Shown one piece after another: positions 19,969 through 27,544 of a DNA stretch of 32,000 bases. This DNA comes from Patescibacteria group bacterium. GTDB lineage: Bacteria > Patescibacteriota > Patescibacteriia > UBA2591 > UBA6264. How positions within the stretch are numbered: position 1 is the stretch's first letter; every line of letters begins with the position of its first letter. A program made the translations under genes and the position numbers. The notes beneath the pieces are model-generated. The model was not told the DNA's origin and searched no databases. It saw nothing but the letters and a program-made list of their open reading frames with translations. The stretch lies in NCBI GenBank assembly GCA_028713575.1, contig JAQTOB010000001.1, forward strand, positions 70,379 through 102,378. Direction: 5' to 3'.

Positions 19969-20754
19969 ATGAATTTTATTTATGAAAACATAAATTATAA
20001 AATAGACTCTTCGGGTATTGTCCCCAGCGGCGGAGATATTGATGAGATTAACAAAACTATTCTTATTGACCGAGGTATTCCTGAAAAATTTCATCAGGGT
20101 ATTGCTGTTCACGAAATTGAAGAAAGAAAACTCCTAATGAAAGGGCATAGTTATGTTTATTCCCACAACGAAGCGCAAAAAAAAGAATTAGAATTTTATA
20201 AAAAAACCTGTGGCGAGGAAAATGCATTAAATCTGCTGGAAGAAGAAGAACTTGTTGTTTTAAGTGTTTGTTCGCGCCGAACTACGCCAAAAAAAAGTAA
20301 AATAATTTTAACCGAATCGGAAAATGCCAATCAATCGCCAATAAAACCGATTATTGAAATAAAAAACATTAAGGAAGCGTTATTTGAAAATAAGCGTTAT
20401 ATTATTGATAATTCGGAAAAACTAATTGGCGCCTTGGTTGACGTTTATGAAAAAGGCGGGATTGTTTATATTGACCGAGATGTTCCGGAGAGATTTCATG
20501 AAAGTTTGACCCTTAATGAATTAGTGACGAGAAAAAATTTAAAAAATGGAATGGGCTGGACAATGGCTCACTTAGAAGGAAATAAAACCGAAAAAGAATT
20601 TTTAGGCATTAAATATGGTCCAATGGATGGACAAAATATATTTAACGATGAAATAAAATTTCAAAACTGGAAATATAGTAATGAAAAAAAAGAACTAAAA
20701 GAACAAGGCGGGCATAAAGTTATTTATGAAAAAGGGGAAATTCTATCAAAATAA
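19969..20754 (+). CDS. orphan protein with an internal tandem duplication of a ~75-aa module
   Basis: Residues ~5-75 and ~136-212 align: (Y/F)EN..Y.ID.S...I.IDR.(I/V)PE(K/R)FH...(H/N)E(I/L)..RK.L..G......H.E....E.EF. No family recognised. Confidence 0.6.
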   Translation: MNFIYENINYKIDSSGIVPSGGDIDEINKTILIDRGIPEKFHQGIAVHEIEERKLLMKGHSYVYSHNEAQKKELEFYKKTCGEENALNLLEEEELVVLSVCSRRTTPKKSKIILTESENANQSPIKPIIEIKNIKEALFENKRYIIDNSEKLIGALVDVYEKGGIVYIDRDVPERFHESLTLNELVTRKNLKNGMGWTMAHLEGNKTEKEFLGIKYGPMDGQNIFNDEIKFQNWKYSNEKKELKEQGGHKVIYEKGEILSK

Positions 20755-20781
20755 AAAATATATTATTAAATATATTTAAAA

Positions 20782-20853
20782 TCGGGGTGCCGGGAATTGA
20801 ACCCGAATCACAGGACCCCCAGCCCTGCATAATAGCCTTTATACTACACCCCG
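20782..20853 (-). tRNA. tRNA-Pro (anticodon GGG)
   Basis: Hand fold of the reverse complement CGGGGTG-TA-GTAT..TTAT-G-CAGGG-CTGGGGG-TCCTG-TGAT-TCGGG-TTCAATT-CCCGG-CACCCCG-A. It has C1-G72, G37 and a T-loop. CCA is not encoded. Confidence 0.9.
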
Positions 20854-20872
20854 CTAAAATTATAAAGACAAA

Positions 20873-21055
20873 CTAAGAAGAATTTTCTCTTTTTTTAAAT
20901 GTTTTTAAACATTTAGTGCAAATTTTTATCCTCTTGCCAGAAATCTGTTTTGTTTGTAAGTTTATATATTGTCTCCTTTTGGTGGCCACATTAGAATGAG
21001 ATCTGGAAATTTTTGTTTGTGGACCACGGCCGCAAATTAAACAACGTTTTGCCAT
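20873..21055 (-). CDS. rpmB: 50S ribosomal protein L28
   Basis: MAKRCLICGRGPQTKISRSHSNVATKRRQYINLQTKQISGKRIKICTKCLK is the bL28 pattern. Start taken at the internal ATG (21055), not the track start at 21085. Confidence 0.9.
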   Translation of the reverse strand: MAKRCLICGRGPQTKISRSHSNVATKRRQYINLQTKQISGKRIKICTKCLKTFKKRENSS

Positions 21056-21151
21056 AAAATTTAATTTAATCCCAATAGTATCCATTTAATCGAATCTACG
21101 GAATAAACATATTATTAATTAATATTAACAGAAAAAAAATATTTAGCAAGT

Positions 21152-21757
21152 ATGAAATTTTTTATTTATATTGTTATTGTTCTTTCCGCGGTTATTCATG
21201 AATATGCGCACGGTTGGACCGCTTATCAACTAGGAGATTCAACCGCCAAAGAAGAGGGTCGCTTAACGCTTAATCCATTGGCGCATATGGATTTATGGGG
21301 AACAGTAGTCGTCCCTCTTTTTCTTTTGTTTACTTCTGGTATTTTTATCGGTTGGGCCAAACCTGTCCCTTATAACCCATATCGACTTCGCGACTTAAAA
21401 TACGGCTCTTTGAAAGTAGCCCTATCCGGCCCAATGACTAACCTTTTGTTAGCCGTTGTTTTGGGATTGATTTTAAGGTTTGGGGGAAGAATTTTAACAA
21501 ACTATAATTATAATTTGCCCTTTTTCCTCGGTTTTGTGATTTATATTAATATTTTTTTGGCCCTATTTAATCTTCTCCCCTTTTCTCCTTTAGACGGGTC
21601 AAAAATATTTGCCGACCTATTCCCTCAACAATGGTTTCATTTTATGAAGCTCGGTATAATCGGAGTTTTTATCGCTTTAATTTTTGCTTTCACATTTCTC
21701 CCGCCCGTCGCTAATTTTGTTTTCCGCCTCATCGTCGGACAAAATTTCATACTTTAA
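21152..21757 (+). CDS. M50 site-2 protease family membrane metalloprotease (small form, no PDZ)
   Basis: HEYAHGW zinc motif in TM1, NPLAHMD, and NLLPFSPLDGSKI. Confidence 0.8.
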   Translation: MKFFIYIVIVLSAVIHEYAHGWTAYQLGDSTAKEEGRLTLNPLAHMDLWGTVVVPLFLLFTSGIFIGWAKPVPYNPYRLRDLKYGSLKVALSGPMTNLLLAVVLGLILRFGGRILTNYNYNLPFFLGFVIYINIFLALFNLLPFSPLDGSKIFADLFPQQWFHFMKLGIIGVFIALIFAFTFLPPVANFVFRLIVGQNFIL

Positions 21758-21793
21758 TGCTTTAATATTTTTGTCATAAATTCGTCTTATTTA

Positions 21794-21821
21794 TTGACAA
21801 TTTTTTTTATTATGATAAAAT
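21794..21821 (+). promoter_or_regulatory. sigma70-like promoter of the rpsL-rpsG-fusA (str) operon
   Basis: TTGACA (21794-21799), 16 nt, TAAAAT (21816-21821). This predicts a leader of about 115 nt. Confidence 0.55.
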
Positions 21822-21897
21822 ACAATAATAAATCAGAATGCAAATATCAAAAATTAAAGTTATTAGATTTGGAAAATAGTCCCGAAGGGACACCTAA

Positions 21898-21932
21898 ATT
21901 TTACATTTTACATTTTGCATCTTACATTTAGC
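21898..21932 (+). repeat. five tandem heptamers in the rpsL 5' leader
   Basis: ATTTTAC ATTTTAC ATTTTGC ATCTTAC ATTTAGC, ending 9 nt before the rpsL ATG. Preceded by a small hairpin GTCCC-GAA-GGGAC (21879-21891). Confidence 0.6.
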
Positions 21933-21941
21933 AAAGCGCCT

Positions 21942-22376
21942 ATGCCAACAATTAACCAACTGGTTCATAAAAAAAGAAAAAAAACGAGTAAAAAATCAAA
22001 AACGCCTGCTTTGCAGACAACCTTTAATGTTCTAAAGAGGAGAAGAAAACATATTCCTCAGGGCCGTCCATTTTTACGTGGCGTTTGTTTAAAAGTTACT
22101 ACTCAAACCCCAAAAAAACCTAACTCTGCTCTACGTAAAATTGCTCGGGTTAGACTTTCTAATGGAATAGAAGTAACCGCCTATATTCCCGGCATTGGAC
22201 ATAATCTTCAAGAACATTCAGTAGTTCTTTTAAGGGGTGGAAGGGTTAAAGACCTGCCTGGAGTTCGTTACCATATTATTCGTGGCGTTTATGATACCAG
22301 TGGAGTAGAAAAAAGAAATCAAGGTCGCAGCCGTTACGGAGCAAAAAAACAAAAAGTTCAAAAAACAAAAGAATAA
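21942..22376 (+). CDS. rpsL: 30S ribosomal protein S12 (with a ~15-aa N-terminal-region insertion)
   Basis: MPTINQLV...[60 protein letters not shown]. Start at ATG 21942; the track start at 21915 is a TTG inside the heptamer repeats. Confidence 0.95.
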   Translation: MPTINQLVHKKRKKTSKKSKTPALQTTFNVLKRRRKHIPQGRPFLRGVCLKVTTQTPKKPNSALRKIARVRLSNGIEVTAYIPGIGHNLQEHSVVLLRGGRVKDLPGVRYHIIRGVYDTSGVEKRNQGRSRYGAKKQKVQKTKE

Positions 22377-22381
22377 AAAAT

Positions 22382-22852
22382 ATGCGCGGAAAACCATTTC
22401 CTAAAAGAAAAATTAAACTTGACCCCAAATATCAAAATACTAATGTTTCCAAATTCATTAATTATATTATGAAAAAAGGGGGGAAAAATACAGCAACTAA
22501 AATTGTTTATCAATCTTTTAGTCTTATTAAAGAAAAAACAAAAAAAGACCCAATTGAAATTTTTAATAAAGCGCTTGAAAGTGTCTCTCCTCAAATTGAA
22601 GTGAGGTCTCGTCGCGTCGGAGGAGCTAATTATCAGATTCCTTTTCCCACTAACGAATCTCGTCGTTTTACCCTTGCCTCTCGTTGGATTATTGACGCAG
22701 CGAGAAAAAGAAAGGGTAAATCAATGGCGGAAAAATTAACTCAAGAATTTTTAGAAGCTTGTGAAAATCAAGGCGCAGCCATTAAAAAGAAAGAAGATGT
22801 TCATCGCATGGCCGAAGCCAATAAAGCTTTTGCTCATTTTGCCAGATATTAA
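22382..22852 (+). CDS. rpsG: 30S ribosomal protein S7
   Basis: DPKYQNTNVSKFINYIMKKGGKNTA...EVRSRRVGGANYQIPFP...AFAHFR pattern. Confidence 0.95.
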   Translation: MRGKPFPKRKIKLDPKYQNTNVSKFINYIMKKGGKNTATKIVYQSFSLIKEKTKKDPIEIFNKALESVSPQIEVRSRRVGGANYQIPFPTNESRRFTLASRWIIDAARKRKGKSMAEKLTQEFLEACENQGAAIKKKEDVHRMAEANKAFAHFARY

Positions 22853-22855
22853 ACT

Positions 22856-24943
22856 ATGGTTGAAGAATTCTCATTAGAAAAAACTCGCAACATCGGTATC
22901 ATTGCCCATATTGACGCCGGTAAAACAACTGTTTCCGAGCGTATTTTATATTATACGGGGAAAAAACACAAAATTGGAGAAGTTCATGAGGGTCAAGCGG
23001 AAATGGATTGGATGACTCAAGAAAGGGAAAGAGGAGTGACCATTACTTCTGCCGCTACGACCGTTTTTTGGACGCCTCAAGGCGGGGAGAAAACTCGCAT
23101 TAACCTTATTGATACCCCTGGACACATTGACTTCACCGCCGAGGTCCAACGCTCTTTAAGAGTTTTAGATGGGGGCGTAGTTGTTTTTGATGGCGTTGCC
23201 GGAGTGGAACCACAATCAGAAACTGTTTATCACCAAGCGGAAAAATTTAAAGTTCCTTTAATTGCTTTTATTAATAAAATGGATAGAATGGGCGCTAATT
23301 TCTATACTGATATTGATTCTATTCATGAAAGATTAACAACCCATGCTTACCCGATTCAATTGCCGATTGGCGCTGAATCTGATTTTAAAGGCATTATTGA
23401 TTTATTTCATCGCAAAGCTTTTATTTATTTAGATGAAATGGGCAAAGAAATAAAAGAAGAAGAAATTCCAACTGATTTAAAAAATCAAGCAGAAAAATTC
23501 AGACACAATCTCATTGAGGCCATTGTTGAACATGACGAAAAACTAATGAGTGAATATTTGGCCGGTCAAGAACCGGAAATCAGTGAATTAAAAAAAGTTT
23601 TACGCCAACTGGTTATTCAGGGAAAAATGATGCCTATTTTATGCGGTTCGGCTCTTAAAAATAAAGGAGTTCAACTGTTATTGGATGCTATTTGCGAATA
23701 TCTTCCTTCTCCTTTGGAAGTCCCTCCGGTTGAAGGTTTTGTCCCTGGAAGCGAAGAAAAACAAATAAAACATGCCGATTTTAAAGAGCCCTTAGCGGCC
23801 CTGGCCTTTAAAATAGCAACTGATCCTTATGTTGGTCGTTTGTGTTATCTAAGAGTATACTCTGGCATCTTAAAAGCCGGTTCATATATTTTAAACGCCA
23901 CAACAAAAAACAAGGAAAGGGTGGGAAGAATTGTGCAAATGCACGCCAATCAAAGGCAAGAAATTCAAGAAATCCGCGCTGGAGATATTGCCGCCATTGT
24001 GGGAATCAAAAATACTACTACTGGCGATACTATTTGTGACCCAGATCATCCTATTATTTTAGAATCTATTGAGTTTCCCGAGCCGGTAATTTCTGTGGCC
24101 ATTGAACCAAAAAGCAAACCTGATCAAGAAAAAATGGGATTAGCAATCAGTAAATTAACAGAAGAAGACCCCACTTTTAAGGTAAGAACCGATGAAGAAA
24201 CCGGTCAAACGATTATTTCTGGCATGGGTGAACTTCACCTGGAAATAATCGTTGATCGCTTAAATCGCGAATTTAATGTTAATGCCAACGTTGGTCAACC
24301 TCGCGTCGCCTATAAAGAAACTATTGATTCTTTGATAGAAAGCGAAGGCAAATACATTCATCAATCCGGGGGGCGTGGTCAATATGGACATTGCTGGCTC
24401 AGATTAGAACCGTTAGAGAGGGGAAAAGGATTTGAATTTGTTGATGAAATCAAAGGCGGAGTTATCCCCAGAGAATACATTCCTGCAATTAAAAAAGGCA
24501 TTATTGAAGCTATGGATTCCGGCGTATTAGCCGGTTATCCGTTGGTTGACATGAGAGTTGCTGTTTATGATGGGTCTTTTCATGAAGTTGACTCTTCTGA
24601 GGCGGCCTTTAAAGTGGCGGCTAGCCGAGCCGTTCGCGATGGAGTTCAAAGAGCCAATCCAATTCTTTTAGAACCAATAATGAAGGTAGAAGTTGTCGTC
24701 CCAGAAAAATTTTTAGGAGAAGTGATTGGCGATCTTAACTCCCGAAGGGCACAAGTCCAGGGAACTAAAAATCGCGGACAAATAAAATTAATTGATGCTT
24801 TTGTTCCTTTGGGAGAAATGTTTGGCTACACCACGGCCTTGCGATCAGTTACAGAGGGTCGAGGCAGTTCCACGATGGAATTTTCTCATTATGCGCCAGT
24901 ACCGCGAAACATTCAAGAAAATATTATTGGAAACAAAAAATAA
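22856..24943 (+). CDS. fusA: translation elongation factor G
   Basis: G1 [10 protein letters not shown]2 RGVTI, G3 DTPGH, G4 NKMD. Full five-domain length of 695 aa. Confidence 0.97.
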   Translation: MVEEFSLEKTRNIGIIAHIDAGKTTVSERILYYTGKKHKIGEVHEGQAEMDWMTQERERGVTITSAATTVFWTPQGGEKTRINLIDTPGHIDFTAEVQRSLRVLDGGVVVFDGVAGVEPQSETVYHQAEKFKVPLIAFINKMDRMGANFYTDIDSIHERLTTHAYPIQLPIGAESDFKGIIDLFHRKAFIYLDEMGKEIKEEEIPTDLKNQAEKFRHNLIEAIVEHDEKLMSEYLAGQEPEISELKKVLRQLVIQGKMMPILCGSALKNKGVQLLLDAICEYLPSPLEVPPVEGFVPGSEEKQIKHADFKEPLAALAFKIATDPYVGRLCYLRVYSGILKAGSYILNATTKNKERVGRIVQMHANQRQEIQEIRAGDIAAIVGIKNTTTGDTICDPDHPIILESIEFPEPVISVAIEPKSKPDQEKMGLAISKLTEEDPTFKVRTDEETGQTIISGMGELHLEIIVDRLNREFNVNANVGQPRVAYKETIDSLIESEGKYIHQSGGRGQYGHCWLRLEPLERGKGFEFVDEIKGGVIPREYIPAIKKGIIEAMDSGVLAGYPLVDMRVAVYDGSFHEVDSSEAAFKVAASRAVRDGVQRANPILLEPIMKVEVVVPEKFLGEVIGDLNSRRAQVQGTKNRGQIKLIDAFVPLGEMFGYTTALRSVTEGRGSSTMEFSHYAPVPRNIQENIIGNKK

Positions 24944-24986
24944 AAACTTGATTTTATTTTTAAAAAATCTATAATTGAAATACATT

Positions 24987-25334
24987 GGGGGTGAACGGCA
25001 TCGATGGAAAATTTAAATGTTAAAAATTGCTTTTTGTCCCGGGAAGACGTAAAATTTCCCAAAAAAACAATTGCCAACAAAGAGTTAGCATACGCTGTCG
25101 CTTAAATAAGCCATAGCCGCTGAAGTTGAAAATTTCTACTATTCAACCTTTGGTGTCATTCTTGTAGAATCGACGTTTTGACCTCCTGCGTCAAAATGTT
25201 TAAAAAAAGCGGGATAAGGTTATAAGATTTTGTCTGATTTTAATCTTTAAACCAAATAAACAAAGCAGACTATAAGAGTAGATATTTTTAACAGTGTTTT
25301 CTAGACGGGAGTTCGATTCTCCCCACCTCCACCA
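24987..25334 (+). ncRNA. ssrA: tmRNA (SsrA), one-piece, 348 nt with encoded CCA
   Basis: 5' GGGGGTGAACGGCATCGA pairs with 3' CACCTCCACCA, including the alanine-identity G3:U70 pair. T-arm is GGGAG-TTCGATT-CTCCC. Tag frame at 25073-25105 is GCC AAC AAA GAG TTA GCA TAC GCT GTC GCT TAA = ANKELAYAVA*. Confidence 0.9.
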
Positions 25335-25370
25335 AATAAAATTAAAAAATAATAAATTTAAACATAAACT

Positions 25371-25871
25371 TTGAAATATTATCGTCTCAACAATCAAATT
25401 ACCTCTCCTCAGGTTTGTTTAATTGATGAAAGTGGAAAATTCTTGGGCAATGTAAAAACTGATGAAGCTATAGAAATGGCTAAAGAAAAACATTTGGATT
25501 TAATTGAAATTAGCCCCAAGTCTAATCCGCCAGTGGCAAAAATTACTGATTTCGGACAATTTAAATATGATTTAAAAAAGAAAGACCGTCAGCAAAAGAA
25601 ACAGCAAAAAATAGGAATAATCAAAGGAATCCGCTTAACACCTCGCATCGGCAGGCATGACCTTGAAATTCAAATTGAAAAGGCAAAGAAATTTTTAAAT
25701 CAAAAACAAAAAATAAGAATTGAAATGATTCTTAAGGGCAGGGAAAAGGCTCATTTTGACCTGGCAGAAAAAAAGATTAAAGAATTTATTGAACAGCTTA
25801 AAGAGGTAAAAACTGAACAAGAACTAAAAAGGCAAGGAGGCACTCTAACGGCCGTTATCGCTCCTAAATAA
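25371..25871 (+). CDS. infC: translation initiation factor IF-3
   Basis: INNQITSPQVCLIDESGKFLG, LDLIEISP.SNPPVAKI.DFGQFKY, and C-domain GRHDLEIQIEKAKKFL. The start codon is non-ATG (TTG at 25371), consistent with the unusual infC starts known in other bacteria. Confidence 0.9.
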   Translation: MKYYRLNNQITSPQVCLIDESGKFLGNVKTDEAIEMAKEKHLDLIEISPKSNPPVAKITDFGQFKYDLKKKDRQQKKQQKIGIIKGIRLTPRIGRHDLEIQIEKAKKFLNQKQKIRIEMILKGREKAHFDLAEKKIKEFIEQLKEVKTEQELKRQGGTLTAVIAPK

Positions 25872-25878
25872 AATTATT

Positions 25879-26058
25879 ATGAATAAAACTCGTAAATCAA
25901 TTGCTAAGAGATTAATAAAAACCGGTGGCGGAAAAATTTTGCATCGAACTTGCGGACAAAATCATTTTAATAGTCGAGAATCGGGAAAAACGACGAAAAA
26001 TAAACGTAAAAACAGAGAATTAAGTAAAAATTTTAGAAAAACCATTAAACAATTGTAA
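25879..26058 (+). CDS. rpmI: 50S ribosomal protein L35
   Basis: At 59 aa it falls below the ORF-track cutoff. Hand translation: MNKTRKSIAKRLIKTGGGKILHRTCGQNHFNSRESGKTTKNKRKNRELSKNFRKTIKQL*. Sits in the canonical infC-rpmI-rplT position. Confidence 0.85.
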   Translation: MNKTRKSIAKRLIKTGGGKILHRTCGQNHFNSRESGKTTKNKRKNRELSKNFRKTIKQL

Positions 26059-26061
26059 TAT

Positions 26062-26412
26062 ATGCCCAGAGTAAAAAGAGGCAAATCTCATTTAAAAAAA
26101 AGAAAAAACCTTTTAAAAAAGGTAAAAGGTTATCGCTGGGGAAGAAAAAGTAAGATCAAATTAGCAAAAACCGCTTTTCGAAAAGCTGGCGCTTATGCTT
26201 ATCGCGATCGGCGGACAAAAAAAAGAAATCGCCGCAGTCTTTGGCAAATTAAAATTAACGCTGCTTGCCGTGAAAATGGATTAAGTTATTCAAAATTTAT
26301 TAATCTTCTTAAAACTAATAAAATAGAATTGGATAGAAAAATTTTAGCTGACTTGGCAGAAAAGCATCCGCAAATATTTTCTGAGATAGTTAAGTCCGTA
26401 AAAACAGATTAA
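26062..26412 (+). CDS. rplT: 50S ribosomal protein L20
   Basis: MPRVKRGKSHLKKRKNLLKKVKGYRWGRK...AYRDRRTKKRNRRSLWQIKINAA...LDRKILADLA. Confidence 0.95.
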   Translation: MPRVKRGKSHLKKRKNLLKKVKGYRWGRKSKIKLAKTAFRKAGAYAYRDRRTKKRNRRSLWQIKINAACRENGLSYSKFINLLKTNKIELDRKILADLAEKHPQIFSEIVKSVKTD

Positions 26413-26414
26413 TT

Positions 26415-26491
26415 GGTCCGTTGGTGTAGAGGCCCAACACATCTGCCTGTCACGCAGAAGATCACGGGTTCGAATCCCGTACGGACCGCCA
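26415..26491 (+). tRNA. tRNA-Asp (anticodon GTC), CCA encoded
   Basis: GGTCCGT-TG-GTGT-AGAGGCCCA-ACAC-A-TCTGC-CTGTCAC-GCAGA-AGATC-ACGGG-TTCGAAT-CCCGT-ACGGACC-G-CCA. Confidence 0.95.
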
Positions 26492-26529
26492 CTATCCTAC
26501 TCCCTTTGGGCTTCGGAATGGCAAGCCAT
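26492..26529 (+). repeat. Y block, copy 1 (38 nt immediately 3' of tRNA-Asp)
   Basis: CTATCCTACTCCCTTTGGGCTTCGGAATGGCAAGCCAT recurs at 28048-28085 with 33/38 identity, again directly after a ...GCCA end. Confidence 0.7.
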
Positions 26530-26534
26530 TGTTT

Positions 26535-26563
26535 AAAATAGAGTTATTCGTTCTATTTTTTTA
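26535..26563 (+). terminator. weak AU-rich intrinsic terminator after tRNA-Asp (Z block, copy 1)
   Basis: AAAATAGAG-TTATTCG-TTCTATTTTTTT. A homologous hairpin is at 28164-28188. Confidence 0.4.
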
Positions 26564-26575
26564 TTTAACACTTAC

Positions 26576-26591
26576 AAAAAGTTTTCCACAG
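26576..26591 (+). promoter_or_regulatory. W box copy 1 (AAAAAGTTTTCCACAG)
   Basis: One of three copies of the 16-nt motif AAAAAG-WTWT-MCACAG. This one ends 29 nt upstream of the -10 box at 26621. Confidence 0.5.
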
Positions 26592-26598
26592 TCCAAAA

Positions 26599-26626
26599 TT
26601 GACAAAATCACTATTTATGTTATAAA
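26599..26626 (+). promoter_or_regulatory. sigma70-like promoter (extended -10)
   Basis: TTGACA (26599-26604), 16 nt, TGt-TATAAA (26621-26626). Confidence 0.5.
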
Positions 26627-26632
26627 TAAATA

Positions 26633-26697
26633 GTGCTTGTGGGCGAAAGCCCCGTTCAGCTAATTATCCATAAGCTGAAAAACAGGCACTTTTTTTA
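26633..26697 (+). ncRNA. candidate ~65-nt small RNA folding as a three-way junction and ending in a U7 tract
   Basis: P1 is GTGCTTGT (26633-40) paired with ACAGGCAC (26682-89), including a G-U pair that exists only on the plus strand. P2 is GGGC-GAAA-GCCC (26641-52). P3 is TTCAGCT-11 nt-AGCTGAA (26655-79). A T7 run follows (26690-96). The predicted start is about 7 nt after the -10 box. Confidence 0.4.
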
Positions 26698-26698
26698 T

Positions 26699-27184
26699 TT
26701 ATTCTTCATTAATGCCCCGAGTTGCTAATCTTCTTATTCTATCTAAAGAATTGCCCTTTAAATCCATTGCTGGCATTATACTCCAGAATATTATTTTTCC
26801 ATCTCCCACCCTTCTAATAACAACCTTGATTCTTATCATATTTTCCTCTTTACCAACTATAGCAATAAAGCCCCAATATTCTCTAATCTTATTTATTACC
26901 AACTCGGATTTATTTTTCTTTTCTTTTATAGGAATAAAATCTTTTCTATATTCTTGTACTGTTCCGGATTTCTGAATTATTTTTATTGCCGCAGGTAAAA
27001 AGCTAAATTTAAAAATTTGCTCATTTTTGTCTCTTTCCCGGCGAGCAGAATATCTTAAATGGTGAAAACCATCGGAATTAAATGTAACCTTACAATCAAA
27101 ATAAGGGCAATAAATTTCTTTATTTTTAGAAAAAATCTCTTTAGACTTTCGAAAAAATTCTTGATATTTATTTTCGTTTTCCAT
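26699..27184 (-). CDS. orphan 161-aa protein, unknown function
   Basis: Clean ORF starting at ATG. No TM segment and no motif I can name. It has a conserved-looking N-terminal CPYFDCKVTFNSDGFHHLRYS and C-terminal IRIKVVIRRVGDGKIIFWSIMP. Confidence 0.65.
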   Translation of the reverse strand: MENENKYQEFFRKSKEIFSKNKEIYCPYFDCKVTFNSDGFHHLRYSARRERDKNEQIFKFSFLPAAIKIIQKSGTVQEYRKDFIPIKEKKNKSELVINKIREYWGFIAIVGKEENMIRIKVVIRRVGDGKIIFWSIMPAMDLKGNSLDRIRRLATRGINEE

Positions 27185-27190
27185 AAAAAA

Positions 27191-27221
27191 TTAGTTAACA
27201 TTATATTACAATATTAACTAA
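27191..27221 (-). promoter_or_regulatory. hairpin plus U6 immediately 5' of the 161-aa ORF start (attenuator, terminator or operator-like inverted repeat)
   Basis: Minus strand reads TTAGTTAATA-11 nt-TGTTAACTAA followed by TTTTTT then ATG. The 10-bp stem includes a U-G pair valid only on the minus strand. Confidence 0.4.
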
Positions 27222-27264
27222 TATTTTGGCATAAATCAACTAAAATAATAATAATTATTAATTT

Positions 27265-27280
27265 AAAAAGATATCCACAG
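27265..27280 (+). promoter_or_regulatory. W box copy 3 (AAAAAGATATCCACAG)
   Basis: Ends 29 nt upstream of the extended -10 box TGT-TATAAT (27307-27315). Confidence 0.5.
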
Positions 27281-27321
27281 ATAGAGCTACCGTAATTATT
27301 AAAATATGTTATAATAAATTC

Positions 27322-27428
27322 ATAAATCAAAAGCCTCCAAACAATCTGGAGACTCTTGATAAGTGAAAATTAATTTTCACTTTGTGCGTTTTTTGGTGAA
27401 TCGTTTTCAGAACGGTTCACTTTGTTTT
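27322..27428 (+). ncRNA. candidate ~105-nt small RNA, antisense to the 3' end of the 56-aa ORF
   Basis: Downstream of TGTTATAAT (27307-15). Contains hairpins CTCCA-7 nt-TGGAG (27335-51) and AAGTGAAAA-TTAA-TTTTCACTT (27361-82). The terminator is GTGAATCGTT-TTCAG-AACGGTTCAC (27396-420) followed by TTTGTTTT; its U-G pair works only on the plus strand. Confidence 0.35.
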
Positions 27429-27540
27429 GGAAAAAATTTCTATTATTTCCTGTTTCAAAGCAGAAAGCTCGTTTGTCATAATCTCTGGCATAAATACGAG
27501 TACCGTCTTTCAACGTAATCCACGCTCTAAAAATGAGCAT
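27370..27540 (-). CDS. possible 56-aa hydrophilic ORF (below the track cutoff)
   Basis: Hand translation: MLIFRAWITLKDGTRIYARDYDKRAFCFETGNNRNFFQNKVNRSENDSPKNAQSEN*. No obvious SD. An open frame of this length could arise by chance in AT-rich DNA. Confidence 0.3.
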   Translation of the reverse strand: MLIFRAWITLKDGTRIYARDYDKRAFCFETGNNRNFFQNKVNRSENDSPKNAQSEN

Positions 27541-27544
27541 ATGA

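Noticed and set aside
21915-21941. N-terminal extensions suggested by the ORF track for rpsL (21915), rpmB (21085), holB (4830), the M16 peptidase (9337), the XRE regulator (28236) and the NuoF-like gene (19901).
   Set aside because: The extended starts for the M16 peptidase, NuoF-like, rpsL and XRE genes are TTG. All six add residues that are not part of the conserved families, and they overlap promoters, repeats or neighbouring genes. Internal ATGs give canonical N-termini.
25200-25397. 65-aa minus-strand ORF between fusA and infC.
   Set aside because: It overlaps the 3' half of the tmRNA gene, including its tRNA-like T-arm and acceptor end. The RNA explains the conservation of this open frame.
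26633-26697. The three-way-junction RNA read as a hammerhead or other small self-cleaving ribozyme.
   Set aside because: The junction strands are only 0-2 nt long. The hammerhead core (CUGANGA ... GAAA ... UH) is absent: GAAA here is a hairpin tetraloop, not a junction strand.
27498-27527. GAGCGTGGATTACGTTGAAAGACGGTACTC (minus strand) read as a group II intron domain V.
   Set aside because: Only the outer three base pairs and the GAAA-like loop fit, and the stem does not pair. There is no intron-encoded protein or other domain. The segment lies inside the 56-codon frame.
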